Below, piece by piece: positions 8,577 through 17,064 of a stretch of DNA of 36,900 nt (the first letter of the stretch is position 1; the number at the start of each line of letters is the position of its first letter). The position numbers and the translations under genes were made by a program. This stretch comes from a virus (Duplodnaviria; Caudoviricetes). The stretch covers positions 1 through 36,900 of IMG/VR virus record IMGVR_UViG_3300037483_000185. One strand, 5' to 3'. The notes beneath the pieces are model-generated. The model was given only the letters and a program-made list of their open reading frames with translations. It had not been told where the DNA came from and ran no database searches.

Positions 8577-9302
8577 TTAGGCTACCTTGGCCCACTTGCG
8601 GAGGTTATCCCCGGCCCAAAGAGGTTGAAGATTGGAGTAATGGAAACATTGCTTCTGTTGCTCGGGTATGGAAAGATCGAACGATGCGCACGGGATACGG
8701 TGGTCGAGATGCCACCCCCTAAACGTGTGGTTCTTCCACGTCATCCCCGGCTCAAATTGTGATTCAATGTGTTTTTTTAATTCCTCAACGGAACACCCAA
8801 TCAATTCGCTCGTGTTGAAGTGTTTGCATCTGCCCGCCAATGCCTCGCGGACCCTGACCCGGAAAACCCTGCTTAATCTGTAGCTTTGATCCGATTGTTT
8901 TCTTTGTTTTTCGTAATTCCTCATATATTCCCTGCGTCTTTCCGCTACCAAGGGCCTCTTCGAATATTCTTTCCCAGCCTGTTTGAGTTCCTCTGTGTGT
9001 TCCTGATGATATTCTCGGGACCTCCGATTTAGGGCCTCCCGATTCTCCTCATAATATTTCTTTTGCTTTGCCTTTATTGCTTCCTTGTTTTTTGCGCGGT
9101 ATCTTTTTTGTCTCTCATATACTTTTTCTTTGTTTGCTACTACGTATTCCCTTGCTTGCCTTATCTTCTGCTCCCTTTTGGACAGATAATACCGCGCATT
9201 ATGTTCGCGCCTGCATTGCTTACAGTGGCTAACGTGCCCACCGGGTTTGGCGTAAAATTCTTTTATTGATCGTTCCTTTTTACAGCGAGAGCAAGTTTTC
9301 AT
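8577..9302 (-). CDS. free-standing HNH/endonuclease VII-like homing endonuclease
   Basis: N-terminal CxxC..CxxC, basic repeats, C-terminal GMTW...WHLDHRIP...FHYSNLQPLW...NLRK; start at ATG 9302 behind a TGnTATAAT promoter. Confidence 0.8.
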   Translation of the reverse strand: MKTCSRCKKERSIKEFYAKPGGHVSHCKQCRREHNARYYLSKREQKIRQAREYVVANKEKVYERQKRYRAKNKEAIKAKQKKYYEENREALNRRSREYHQEHTEELKQAGKEYSKRPLVAERRREYMRNYEKQRKQSDQSYRLSRVFRVRVREALAGRCKHFNTSELIGCSVEELKKHIESQFEPGMTWKNHTFRGWHLDHRIPCASFDLSIPEQQKQCFHYSNLQPLWAGDNLRKWAKVA

Positions 9303-9317
9303 TGGTGTATTATAACA
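9303..9317 (-). promoter_or_regulatory. extended -10 promoter, leaderless
   Basis: TGT-TATAAT-6 nt-ATG, no SD. Confidence 0.6.
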
Positions 9318-9323
9318 CACCCT

Positions 9324-12281
9324 TCATAAAACTACTATACCCCGGCTTTCATATATTGATGTCGTGTCGTTTTTAAGCATGGCTCTTGATATTGCCATAA
9401 TCATGGCGACTACACCATCAATCTTTTCAGTGGATCGTTCCTTGTCAGGTTTTAGGTTAAAAGCCGGATCTGTTTTTACTACTGTATTTGAAACCATCCA
9501 CGCCAAAACGGGGTGCCCTGCGTGGGCAATCTCGCCCGATAAAACCATCTTCTCTAATTCCTTGGTCGGAGAAGACATCGAAGCAAAACCTTGCCCAAAT
9601 TGAATGAGATTGCATTTGCCCTCTACTTCAAACCCCAAATCCTGTAAATCAGTAATAATTTTCTGGCTTCCCCATCTATCAAAAGCCAACTCTGCCAAGT
9701 CGTAGTCGGTCAAGTCCTTCTGGATTTGAGCAAGAACGTACTTGTAGTCGATCACGTTGCCCGGCGTTGCAGTTATAAATCCTTGTCGGACCCATACGTC
9801 ATAGGGCACTTTGTCCCTACGTGCCCGCTCCCGCATGTTGTCTTCGGGGATGAAGAACCGGCAGAGGACCGAATACTTGCCGCCGATCTTCTCGGGGGGG
9901 AACACGAGTACCCATGCCGTGATGTCCGTCGTGGAGGACAGGTCGAGGCCGCCGTAGCAGATCCGTCCCTTCAATGCCTCGGGATCGACCGCATCGCCGC
10001 AGGCGTTCCACTTCTCCAAAGATAGCCATTTTGTTACGGATTCTGTCCAAATGTTGAAGTTAAGCCTCTTGACAATGTTTTCCTTCGACGGCATCTCCGA
10101 CGCCTCGGCAACCTGCTCCCGCAGGTACTTACGCGGAATGATGACATCGAGACTCGGGTTTGCCTTGATCCACTTCGACTCGTCTTTCCATGAGTCGCAG
10201 TCGGGGCAACCGTCTACCGGGATCGTCTTCCCGTCCGCCGAACACTTCTCGCAGACATCCAAACCCGTGATGTACGCGAACCATGAATCGTTCTCGAAGA
10301 CGCCTTCAAGGATCTTTTCGCTGTGCTCGTGATGTTGGTAACAAACCGAGTGGCGGTCATATCCGCTGTTGTGCGTCGGGACCATTGAGCGACCAGCAAG
10401 AAACAGGTGCGACGGCGAATCAACCGAGATGCACCTTACCGGGACAGACGAGACTGGTTGAACGTCTACAATTCTCCTGTTTCCCGTCATCCTTTTTCTG
10501 GTATGCCTAATTCGGTTGTGCCGTTGCTTTCTTTCTAATCCGAATATCTTCATCCCCCACGGGGGATAAAAAAACACATCCCACCGGTCGAATGATTTGC
10601 CCATTAATTCGGATATACTGTGCAACATCGTGCATTTTATTCCGAGGCTACTTACGAGTTCATAAACCTGCGAGCATAGTTCCTCTTTGCTTTGCGTAAA
10701 TACGCAACGCCCCGTTCTCGGGTCGATGCTCCCGTCAGTATCCATGAGTCCATGAAGCAACGCCGACCGCTGTCGGATGGATGCTCTCAAGTATTCGGGA
10801 GGGATATGCTTGTTTCTTAGAAGTCCCTCTCGCTTCATCGTGCAATGAAGAGAATCTTGCCGCCCCCTGCCCGTAACCCCTATCCCGTACATCCCGAGGG
10901 TGGGGGAACACCCGACTTGCCTTCTCCGTCCAACTGAAACCCCTGCGGCGACAATGTTATCGACTATCTCCAAATCACCGTCGGTTACAACAATGGCCGC
11001 ATCCTTTGAGTTCCCGTCTCCGAGCCAACAACCCAAGACGTAGGGGTCTATCGGTAAATCCGCTTCGGGGAGGTTTAATGATTTGCATAAGCGCACGCGA
11101 TGATTTGCGTACGTTCTCCATTTCAGCGTTCTTTCAATTTCCTCTGTGGATCTTATGCCCACCCGCTGCCGTAGCTTGTTCCTATGCCCGGAAGCAACGT
11201 AACTTCTATGTCTGCCGTTCCCATCAAATTCATAGAAGGTGCTACCGCAACCGCATATACATTCGACTAACCTGTTTGGTTCCCCTGCTTTTCTTCGCTC
11301 CCGTTTTGGAAGATTGTCCTCTCTCCGCCCCGCAACCATTTCGTCCCAAGACATACTTCCCCGGACCTGCGTGGTTTCCCACAGGTGCCCGGCATCGGCT
11401 ACTATTTCTGTCCCATCATCGAACACAACCCTATAGCACTTGTGGTCGCGCATGATGTCCGTGGCCGCAACAACATTGCATGTGTTCCCATCGTCGTCGA
11501 AAACCTGATCTCCGACATTCAGCGTTCCCATCGTCGCCCATCCGCTGGGCACCGGGATCGGGGTATCGAGCGAAAGGGCGTTTGTAATCTCTACGATGAG
11601 TGCCTGCCGACGGCCCTTTGTCCCCGCCCGCATCTTGTCCACAACGAGTGCGTTCGGATGCTCGTGAATCTCGTCGATCAGCGCGATATGCGGACGCTTG
11701 CCGTCCAACCCCCGGTGCTCGGACGACAGCGGGCGGAAGTAGGAGTTTTTCTCCGTGTAGGCGATGTTGCTTTTGTCTACTGTCAGGCGGCGCAGGAGCG
11801 CGGGCGACCCTTCAACGAACGCTTTGGCATCGCGGAACAGAATGCCCGCTTGGTCGCGGGTAGTCGCCGCTGAATAAATCTCGCAACCTGGCTCGTCATC
11901 CATGACGAGGCCGTATAGACCAATTCCTGAAGCGAGCGGCGTTTTCCCCGCGCCCTTCGAGGCTTCAATATATGCAGTACGGAACCGCCTGAATCCATCT
12001 TCCGACTTCCAACCGAACAGGTTGCCGACGATAAATTTCTGCCACGGCATCAGGTGAAACGGCTTGTTATCCCACTCGCCTTCGTAGAACACGAGAAGTT
12101 TCGGGAAGAACTCTATCGCCCGCATCGCCGTCTTATGGTCAAAATAAAGACCCCGCGAGGGGCCGTCTTCCAAGTCCTTCAGGTGTCTCTTACATGCGAG
12201 ACGCACCCAGCGGTTCGCTAATATCTTCCCGCTGCCCACATCCTCCGCGTATTGCTTGACCGGACAGGCATCAGCGGCCAT
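9324..12281 (-). CDS. terL: terminase large subunit with intein (581 aa after splicing)
   Basis: Walker A SKGAGKT, Walker B ALIDEIH, nuclease GGLDLS, KIDGVVA. Confidence 0.95.
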   Translation of the reverse strand: MAADACPVKQYAEDVGSGKILANRWVRLACKRHLKDLEDGPSRGLYFDHKTAMRAIEFFPKLLVFYEGEWDNKPFHLMPWQKFIVGNLFGWKSEDGFRRFRTAYIEASKGAGKTPLASGIGLYGLVMDDEPGCEIYSAATTRDQAGILFRDAKAFVEGSPALLRRLTVDKSNIAYTEKNSYFRPLSSEHRGLDGKRPHIALIDEIHEHPNALVVDKMRAGTKGRRQALIVEITNALSLDTPIPVPSGWATMGTLNVGDQVFDDDGNTCNVVAATDIMRDHKCYRVVFDDGTEIVADAGHLWETTQVRGSMSWDEMVAGRREDNLPKRERRKAGEPNRLVECICGCGSTFYEFDGNGRHRSYVASGHRNKLRQRVGIRSTEEIERTLKWRTYANHRVRLCKSLNLPEADLPIDPYVLGCWLGDGNSKDAAIVVTDGDLEIVDNIVAAGVSVGRRRQVGCSPTLGMYGIGVTGRGRQDSLHCTMKREGLLRNKHIPPEYLRASIRQRSALLHGLMDTDGSIDPRTGRCVFTQSKEELCSQVYELVSSLGIKCTMLHSISELMGKSFDRWDVFFYPPWGMKIFGLERKQRHNRIRHTRKRMTGNRRIVDVQPVSSVPVRCISVDSPSHLFLAGRSMVPTHNSGYDRHSVCYQHHEHSEKILEGVFENDSWFAYITGLDVCEKCSADGKTIPVDGCPDCDSWKDESKWIKANPSLDVIIPRKYLREQVAEASEMPSKENIVKRLNFNIWTESVTKWLSLEKWNACGDAVDPEALKGRICYGGLDLSSTTDITAWVLVFPPEKIGGKYSVLCRFFIPEDNMRERARRDKVPYDVWVRQGFITATPGNVIDYKYVLAQIQKDLTDYDLAELAFDRWGSQKIITDLQDLGFEVEGKCNLIQFGQGFASMSSPTKELEKMVLSGEIAHAGHPVLAWMVSNTVVKTDPAFNLKPDKERSTEKIDGVVAMIMAISRAMLKNDTTSIYESRGIVVL
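10368..11579 (-). mobile_element. class 3-type intein (404 aa, residues 235-638) with LAGLIDADG domain
   Basis: ITN|ALSLDTPIP start with Ala1; block B ADAGHLW, block F VRCISVD, block G PTHN|S (W-C-T triplet); LGCWLGDG and LHGLMDTDG motifs. Confidence 0.9.
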
Positions 12282-13829
12282 TCAGACCGCCGCGAAAAGG
12301 GGTTGCATGGTTCCGATTCTCGCTTCCGCAATCGCCACGTATTCTGGATTCAGTTCGATGCCGATGAACGTGAACCCCTCCGCGATTGCTGCCTTGCCCG
12401 TACTCCCGCTCCCCGCGAATGGATCCAGCACGACCCCGCCGGGAGGCGTTACGAGGCGGCAGAGGTAGCGCATCAGATCGGTTGGCTTAACCGTCGGATG
12501 GTTATTCCCTTCGCCTCGGTCGCTCTTGCTCGCCTTCGCGCAGTAGAAGAACCGGGCGGCGGAACCGCCCGTATCGGCGGGCCAAGTACCTTCTTTCTCT
12601 GGCGACCCTAAGCCGCCCTGTCCATGCCACGAACTGCCCCCGCGTTTCCCGGTTCTCGCCGCCTTGGGGGAACCCGTTTCGGGAAACAACCCCGTTACTT
12701 CCTCGCTCCCGTCGTGGATGACGTTAGCGGGCCAGCGGCCTTGCGATTGGTCAACTCCAGCGCGGATGGTAATCCCGCCGTTGTGAAGCGCGGACGTTCC
12801 CTTACAACCCCCCTCGATCTTCCCTCCCGGCGCATCCACCCTGCATCCGTCCACGTTGATCGCCCCCGTCCCGTGCGCCAGCACGTTCGAGGCGACGGTG
12901 CCGATCAAGGGCTTGCGGGCGAGAACAAGCGGTTCGTGTGCCGGTTTTAAGGCTGTGCCAAATCCTTTGTACTGAATCAGGCCCCCGCACTTCGGGCAAG
13001 TTTCGGCTCGGCCTTCTTGTGTTCCCCGTTTGAATTGAACATCAGGAGGTTCGTGCTGGCGTTGTTTGCGGGGTTGTGATCCCGATGATGCACCACTTCC
13101 GACCGGAGCAGGGGCCTTCCTATCTTCTCGGCCATTATCAGGCGATGCTCCATCACGTACCCGTCCTTCCGGGCCATTACCTTGAACTTCTCCGGGCATC
13201 GGATATACTTCACGCCCTTGTAATTCCCGTGAGGCCTCTTGTACGTCACCCCGCCCTTCCACGCGGGATTCTTCGGGCCGCACATTGGAGTGAATGTCTT
13301 TCTGGCGGGTGGCCCCTTGTACCCGTGCTTCGCCCACTCCTTCCCGCGCTGAATCCCGTTGCACCTGTAACTGCAAAAGTGGGCTTTCGTCCGCTTCGCC
13401 CAACAGGGGAATTTCCATAGAATCCGTCCGCACGTCGCGCAGTTCAATCTGATCCTTATTGTCTTTCTCATGGTTATATGGTAGCGCATCTCCCCGGCAT
13501 TTACAACCGATATTCAATGACTTGGGAAATCCTGACGCATACACCCACTGGATCTGATCCCTGATCTCAAACCCCGCATCCTCGATCGCGCACGCCAGCC
13601 GGTGATAGGTGCGGGACCCTCCGAACGCGAGGAGATGCCCTCCTGGTTTTAGGACGCGCAACGCTTCGGCCCACACGTCCACGCTGTACGCCACGCCGGA
13701 GGAATCCCACTTCTTCCCCATGAAACCGAGTTCATAGGGGGGATCGGTAACGATGGAGTCCACGGAGTCTGCATCCATCTTCCGCATCACCTCAAGGCAA
13801 TCGCCCTGATGGATCAAACTATCTGCCAT
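12282..13829 (-). CDS. DNA amino-methyltransferase (beta class, N6/N4) with ~175 aa overprinted insertion
   Basis: DPPY, GFPKS, GTALKPAHEP, HPTVKP, LDPFAGSGSTG; one uninterrupted ORF. Confidence 0.88.
   Translation of the reverse strand: MADSLIHQGDCLEVMRKMDADSVDSIVTDPPYELGFMGKKWDSSGVAYSVDVWAEALRVLKPGGHLLAFGGSRTYHRLACAIEDAGFEIRDQIQWVYASGFPKSLNIGCKCRGDALPYNHEKDNKDQIELRDVRTDSMEIPLLGEADESPLLQLQVQRDSAREGVGEARVQGATRQKDIHSNVRPEESRVEGRGDVQEASRELQGREVYPMPGEVQGNGPEGRVRDGASPDNGREDRKAPAPVGSGASSGSQPRKQRQHEPPDVQFKRGTQEGRAETCPKCGGLIQYKGFGTALKPAHEPLVLARKPLIGTVASNVLAHGTGAINVDGCRVDAPGGKIEGGCKGTSALHNGGITIRAGVDQSQGRWPANVIHDGSEEVTGLFPETGSPKAARTGKRGGSSWHGQGGLGSPEKEGTWPADTGGSAARFFYCAKASKSDRGEGNNHPTVKPTDLMRYLCRLVTPPGGVVLDPFAGSGSTGKAAIAEGFTFIGIELNPEYVAIAEARIGTMQPLFAAV
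12977..13471 (-). CDS. HNH homing endonuclease nested out-of-frame in the methyltransferase
   Basis: CATCG...FCSYRC, NPAWKGG, GYVMEHRLIMAEKIGRPL..EVVHHRDHNPANN...NL. Confidence 0.88.
   Translation of the reverse strand: MRKTIRIRLNCATCGRILWKFPCWAKRTKAHFCSYRCNGIQRGKEWAKHGYKGPPARKTFTPMCGPKNPAWKGGVTYKRPHGNYKGVKYIRCPEKFKVMARKDGYVMEHRLIMAEKIGRPLLRSEVVHHRDHNPANNASTNLLMFNSNGEHKKAEPKLARSAGA
13472..13506 (-). promoter_or_regulatory. sigma70-like leaderless promoter inside methyltransferase CDS
   Basis: TTGTAA-17 nt-TACCAT-6 nt-ATG(13471). Confidence 0.55.
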
Positions 13830-14328
13830 TCAGAAAGTCTTCTTGTGGATCGACCTGCCCGCCGCCGGGTACGTTGATCTTCCCCCGCGAGGAAGCGGTC
13901 GTGCCGAACTCGTTGCACCAGAACCGGAGGGTCTGCGATGCGAGTCTCTGTTGCGCGAACAGCGGGTTGATCTTCAACTCGACCGCCATCACCTCGTCCG
14001 ACCGGCCCTCATCGTCCTTCTTCTCAAGGAACGAATGCTTCTCCGCGAGCACCTTATACCCGCATTCCTTGAGCGCCATCGCGATCCGGACGGAGGCCGC
14101 ATAAGAGGTACACAGTTCCGCGAACGCCATACCGTCAAGTTCCGTGAGGATGCCGATATTCACGAAGAGGGGCGCGAGGCGCTTCCATTCCTTCTTGGCG
14201 ATCGGGTCGAGGTGGGGGGGCATCGGGGGGGCGACACGTTTCGGCTGCGGCTCGCCCACGGGGAGGGGGCGCTTGCCGGGATTGCCGCGAAGCAACCGCA
14301 GGGCTGTGGGTACCGCAGGATTCGGCAT
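13819..14328 (-). CDS. terS: terminase small subunit, P27 family
   Basis: PTALRLLRGNPGKRPL, AKKEWKRL, NPL, EFGTTASSR; start at ATG 14328 after GAGAGGT SD. Confidence 0.9.
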   Translation of the reverse strand: MPNPAVPTALRLLRGNPGKRPLPVGEPQPKRVAPPMPPHLDPIAKKEWKRLAPLFVNIGILTELDGMAFAELCTSYAASVRIAMALKECGYKVLAEKHSFLEKKDDEGRSDEVMAVELKINPLFAQQRLASQTLRFWCNEFGTTASSRGKINVPGGGQVDPQEDFLNGR

Positions 14329-14397
14329 CGTTACCTCTCGTTTTTCACTGGATGGGCATGTTTCAGCGTTTGCTGAAAGAGTGAAAACGTACAAAAC

Positions 14398-14552
14398 GTC
14401 GGCACTTGTCTAAATGTGCCGACTTGACAGCGTTGTCAAGTTGTGGCGTAAGTTCGACAATGTAGAACCATTGCCACTTGCGGTCTAATGTCAATGAAGT
14501 GTCAATTAGTGTCAAATTGACAGTTCAGTCGGTGACAATTTGTCACCGACTG
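14398..14552. repeat. array of TGTCAA/TTGACA repeats and palindromes upstream of terS
   Basis: GTCGGCAC/GTGCCGAC, ACTTGACA/TGTCAAGT, TGTCAA at 14489, 14500, 14510, and 27 bp palindrome CAGTCGGTGACAA-T-TTGTCACCGACTG. Confidence 0.75.
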
Positions 14553-14745
14553 GTTGGTGGGTACCGGCATCCCCTCATCGGCCCTGCGTGGTAGACGGGG
14601 ACTCACGGAGGAATCCAGTAGGGGAGTTGCTTGGCTCTCTTCCACCTACCGGACCACGCACCTAGCGTCAGCCAAGCCGCGCCGATACCCACCCAAGCCC
14701 GTGACGTTTGCGCTTGCCCCACTATCCGGCAGAGGCTCCACGGGA
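14553..14745 (-). ncRNA. candidate structured non-coding RNA
   Basis: Nested helices GGUGGGUAUCGGC/GCCGGUACCCACC, UGCGUGGU/ACCACGCA, UCCGGUAGG/CCUACUGGA (G.U pairs only on minus); potential GCUUGGCU/AGCCAAGC pseudoknot; no credible ORF. Confidence 0.5.
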
Positions 14746-14754
14746 ACGATAATA

Positions 14755-14790
14755 AGCAAAAGGACCGCGCCCTCGTCAGGGAGCAGTCCT
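14755..14790 (-). terminator. terminator-like hairpin
   Basis: AGGACTGC..CCCT-GACG-AGGG..GCGGTCCT followed by TTTGCTTATT. Confidence 0.55.
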
Positions 14791-14852
14791 ATTGAGCCGA
14801 CAGCACGCTGCCGGCGGGTATCTCCCGTAAGGATTCCGCTACGGAGTCGGAG

Positions 14853-15113
14853 TTACCCTGCCGTAGCCCTGCCGCTTTTTACCATGTCATCCCATGTGAG
14901 CCAGTTGGGGGCATAATAATGACCCAGACTTGCGATTACCTCTTCCCAATTAAGCCAATCTATGTAGAGATTCCCGCACTGATGGCATGTAACCATGCCG
15001 GGGCGCTTACGCTCAAATTCGAACCCGCATCTCTGGCATCTATATTTCGATACCGCGGGGGTCATCTTCCCCAACGCTCTCCCTTGTGGATCTCCTCGTG
15101 GCATGAAGTACAA
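14853..15113 (-). CDS. small zinc-ribbon protein (likely start near 15065)
   Basis: YRCQRCG...TCHQCG; ATGA overlap with the HNH stop. Confidence 0.55.
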   Translation of the reverse strand: MYFMPRGDPQGRALGKMTPAVSKYRCQRCGFEFERKRPGMVTCHQCGNLYIDWLNWEEVIASLGHYYAPNWLTWDDMVKSGRATAG

Positions 15114-15439
15114 AGACTGAGCAAATTTTCGCTTGCCGAATTTGTCTCATCGCGGTCGCGGTGGTGAACGAGTTGCGCCGCCGTCGTTTTCCCTTGCCGC
15201 TCACACTCTTCACAGAGCGGACTGCGCCTCAATTTCATCTCGCGGACCGCCCTCCACGTCCGACTGTGCAGGAACTTTCTCTGATCGGTCTGATCCCGCT
15301 CCACATCGTACCGGCGGGTCTGCTGCTTCAGATATGGCAGGCAGTCGACGCAACAGGAGATCCCCCGGGCAACGAGGTTCGGGCATCTGCCGCGGCGCGG
15401 CCCGGCGCCGGAGCACGGGTGGCGGGGGGCGATCGGCAT
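15062..15439 (-). CDS. HNH endonuclease, HK97 gp74-like terminase accessory
   Basis: WRAVR..PLCEEC...VHHRD...NLLSLCTSCHEEIH; upstream of terS. Confidence 0.85.
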   Translation of the reverse strand: MPIAPRHPCSGAGPRRGRCPNLVARGISCCVDCLPYLKQQTRRYDVERDQTDQRKFLHSRTWRAVREMKLRRSPLCEECERQGKTTAAQLVHHRDRDETNSASENLLSLCTSCHEEIHKGERWGR

Positions 15440-15657
15440 TAGTTGAACTCCTTCCCCACTCCCTCAACCGGTGGATACAGGAACAACGCGTCGCCCTCCT
15501 GCCGCAACATCGCCTTCCCCCAACCGTGTACTTGCGCCATGTGGGAGAACAGGTTTTCTTCGGATATGGCGGTCAATTTGTCGCACACAACGCATCGCCA
15601 CGGAGCATCGCCCGTATGGTGCGCTTGATGGTAAGCCACCATCTGTATGAAATTCAT
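15439..15657 (-). CDS. hypothetical, C2H2-like (CVVC...HMAQVH)
   Basis: ORF in operon, TAATG overlap. Confidence 0.5.
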   Translation of the reverse strand: MNFIQMVAYHQAHHTGDAPWRCVVCDKLTAISEENLFSHMAQVHGWGKAMLRQEGDALFLYPPVEGVGKEFN

Positions 15658-15812
15658 TTATTGGGCTTCTTTACAAACAATGCGAAAAACAAACCCACGA
15701 GGGTTAGGCACAGGAAAGCCCACATCGCCTCCGTATCGTCCAGCAGCAGGCATGAGTCATATAACGACGGTTCCGGGCATAGGCGGGCCAGCAACGCCCA
15801 TACCCAATGCAT

Positions 15813-16184
15813 TTAGTTGAACTTCGAGGGATCTTTCATGGCGTCGTACACTTCCTTGGCCTCGAACATCTTCAATGCATCCTCGGGCGTAAGCACGGCG
15901 TTCTGCGCCCCCGTGATCTTGGCGAACTGATAAAACATGGTCTGGTAGAACTTCAGGGCAAACGGATCTTCCCGGCGTATGGACTCCGCGCAGGAGCGCA
16001 CCAGGGCACAGGCGGCCACCTTCGGGCTATTCCAGTAGAAGGAAAAGAGATTCCCCTCGCCGCCACCGCTGTCGGCGAACAGGGCCAGCCCCTTCACGAC
16101 GAACTCCTGCCCGTCGCTTGTGCGGATCTTGCAGTCCTCGCCCCCGTGAACGGGCGTGATCGTTATGCTCCACTCACCTGCCAT
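15813..16184 (-). CDS. hypothetical protein
   Basis: SD GAGGTGG, 123 aa. Confidence 0.6.
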   Translation of the reverse strand: MAGEWSITITPVHGGEDCKIRTSDGQEFVVKGLALFADSGGGEGNLFSFYWNSPKVAACALVRSCAESIRREDPFALKFYQTMFYQFAKITGAQNAVLTPEDALKMFEAKEVYDAMKDPSKFN

Positions 16185-16197
16185 TTCCCACCTCGTT

Positions 16198-17064
16198 TCA
16201 CAACAGCATCCGGTTTACTGTGTATACATCCATGCTGGCCCGTTCCACTCGAACATATACCTCAACATGCCCCATCGCGTTCGGCGCGAACTCTCGCTGC
16301 TCCTCCCAAGATGTATCTTGGTTGTCCGACCGGGACTTCTTGTAGCAGCCGGTGTTCATCAGGATTTCTTTCTCGGAGGTGATCTTTCCGCCGCCGTTCA
16401 TCCCAAGCCGAAGATTGCAGTCGCTCCATAGTTGATGGTTGTGGGCGAAACAATAGATATCCGCTATCCGGCCCTTCGCCACGTTCGCTACCGTGGTCTT
16501 GGGGCCTCCAAGAGTCCTCCCCGCCGCGCCTATGCCATGCGACAGGTACCAGACGATCGTGCGGGTATTGCGATGCCCGGAAGAAGTGGAGAACCGCGTC
16601 TTCAGGAAACCGGCGTAACTATGAAGGCGGCCGACCAGCGGGGTGTTCGCTACCTTATCGCCCCACAACTTCTCGGCGATTCGGCGCGTCACATTCGTTC
16701 CCGTCCGCTTCATCAGTTCGAGGTGATGATTTGAATCACACATGGCGATGACGCGAGATGCGATGGGAGCAAGGAGGTCACAGTAATCCGAGATGAGCCT
16801 GTCTACTGGGTTGTCGATCGCGAGGTACGACTCGTCCACCATCGATGCTTTGAATCTCGGGTCGTGCGTCTGCGCCAAGATCATGTCGCAACCATCGCCC
16901 ATGTCCAGAAAGTACGTGTCCTTGTCGTCCTTGTATTTATCGATGACTTCTTTCTGGAAATTGGAGATGGACGAGAGTTTGTGGCCGAGGTGAATGTCGC
17001 CAAACGGGATGAACCGGAACGTCTGCCCGACCTTGTACGGTATCCTGAACTCTTGGCCTCTCAG
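16198..17064 (-). CDS. calcineurin-like metallophosphoesterase, probable CTG start
   Basis: GDIHLG (upstream of first ATG), MGDGCD, SNH, SHG, AHNH motifs. Confidence 0.75.
   Translation of the reverse strand: MRGQEFRIPYKVGQTFRFIPFGDIHLGHKLSSISNFQKEVIDKYKDDKDTYFLDMGDGCDMILAQTHDPRFKASMVDESYLAIDNPVDRLISDYCDLLAPIASRVIAMCDSNHHLELMKRTGTNVTRRIAEKLWGDKVANTPLVGRLHSYAGFLKTRFSTSSGHRNTRTIVWYLSHGIGAAGRTLGGPKTTVANVAKGRIADIYCFAHNHQLWSDCNLRLGMNGGGKITSEKEILMNTGCYKKSRSDNQDTSWEEQREFAPNAMGHVEVYVRVERASMDVYTVNRMLL

Noticed and set aside
12977-13510. Intron or intein around the nested HNH
   Set aside because: No P/Q/R/S elements and no Cys/Ser...His-Asn intein ends; the HNH is in a different frame from the host gene
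14526-14552. Protelomerase (telRL) site
   Set aside because: Only 27 bp with an odd centre, and no protelomerase gene visible
14770-14782. Hammerhead ribozyme core (CTGACGA on minus)
   Set aside because: No GAAA after stem II; the motif lies in the loop of a terminator-like hairpin
14812-14870. HDV-like ribozyme
   Set aside because: P1/P2/GG topology is suggestive, but P3/L3 is too short and there is no catalytic C in J4/2
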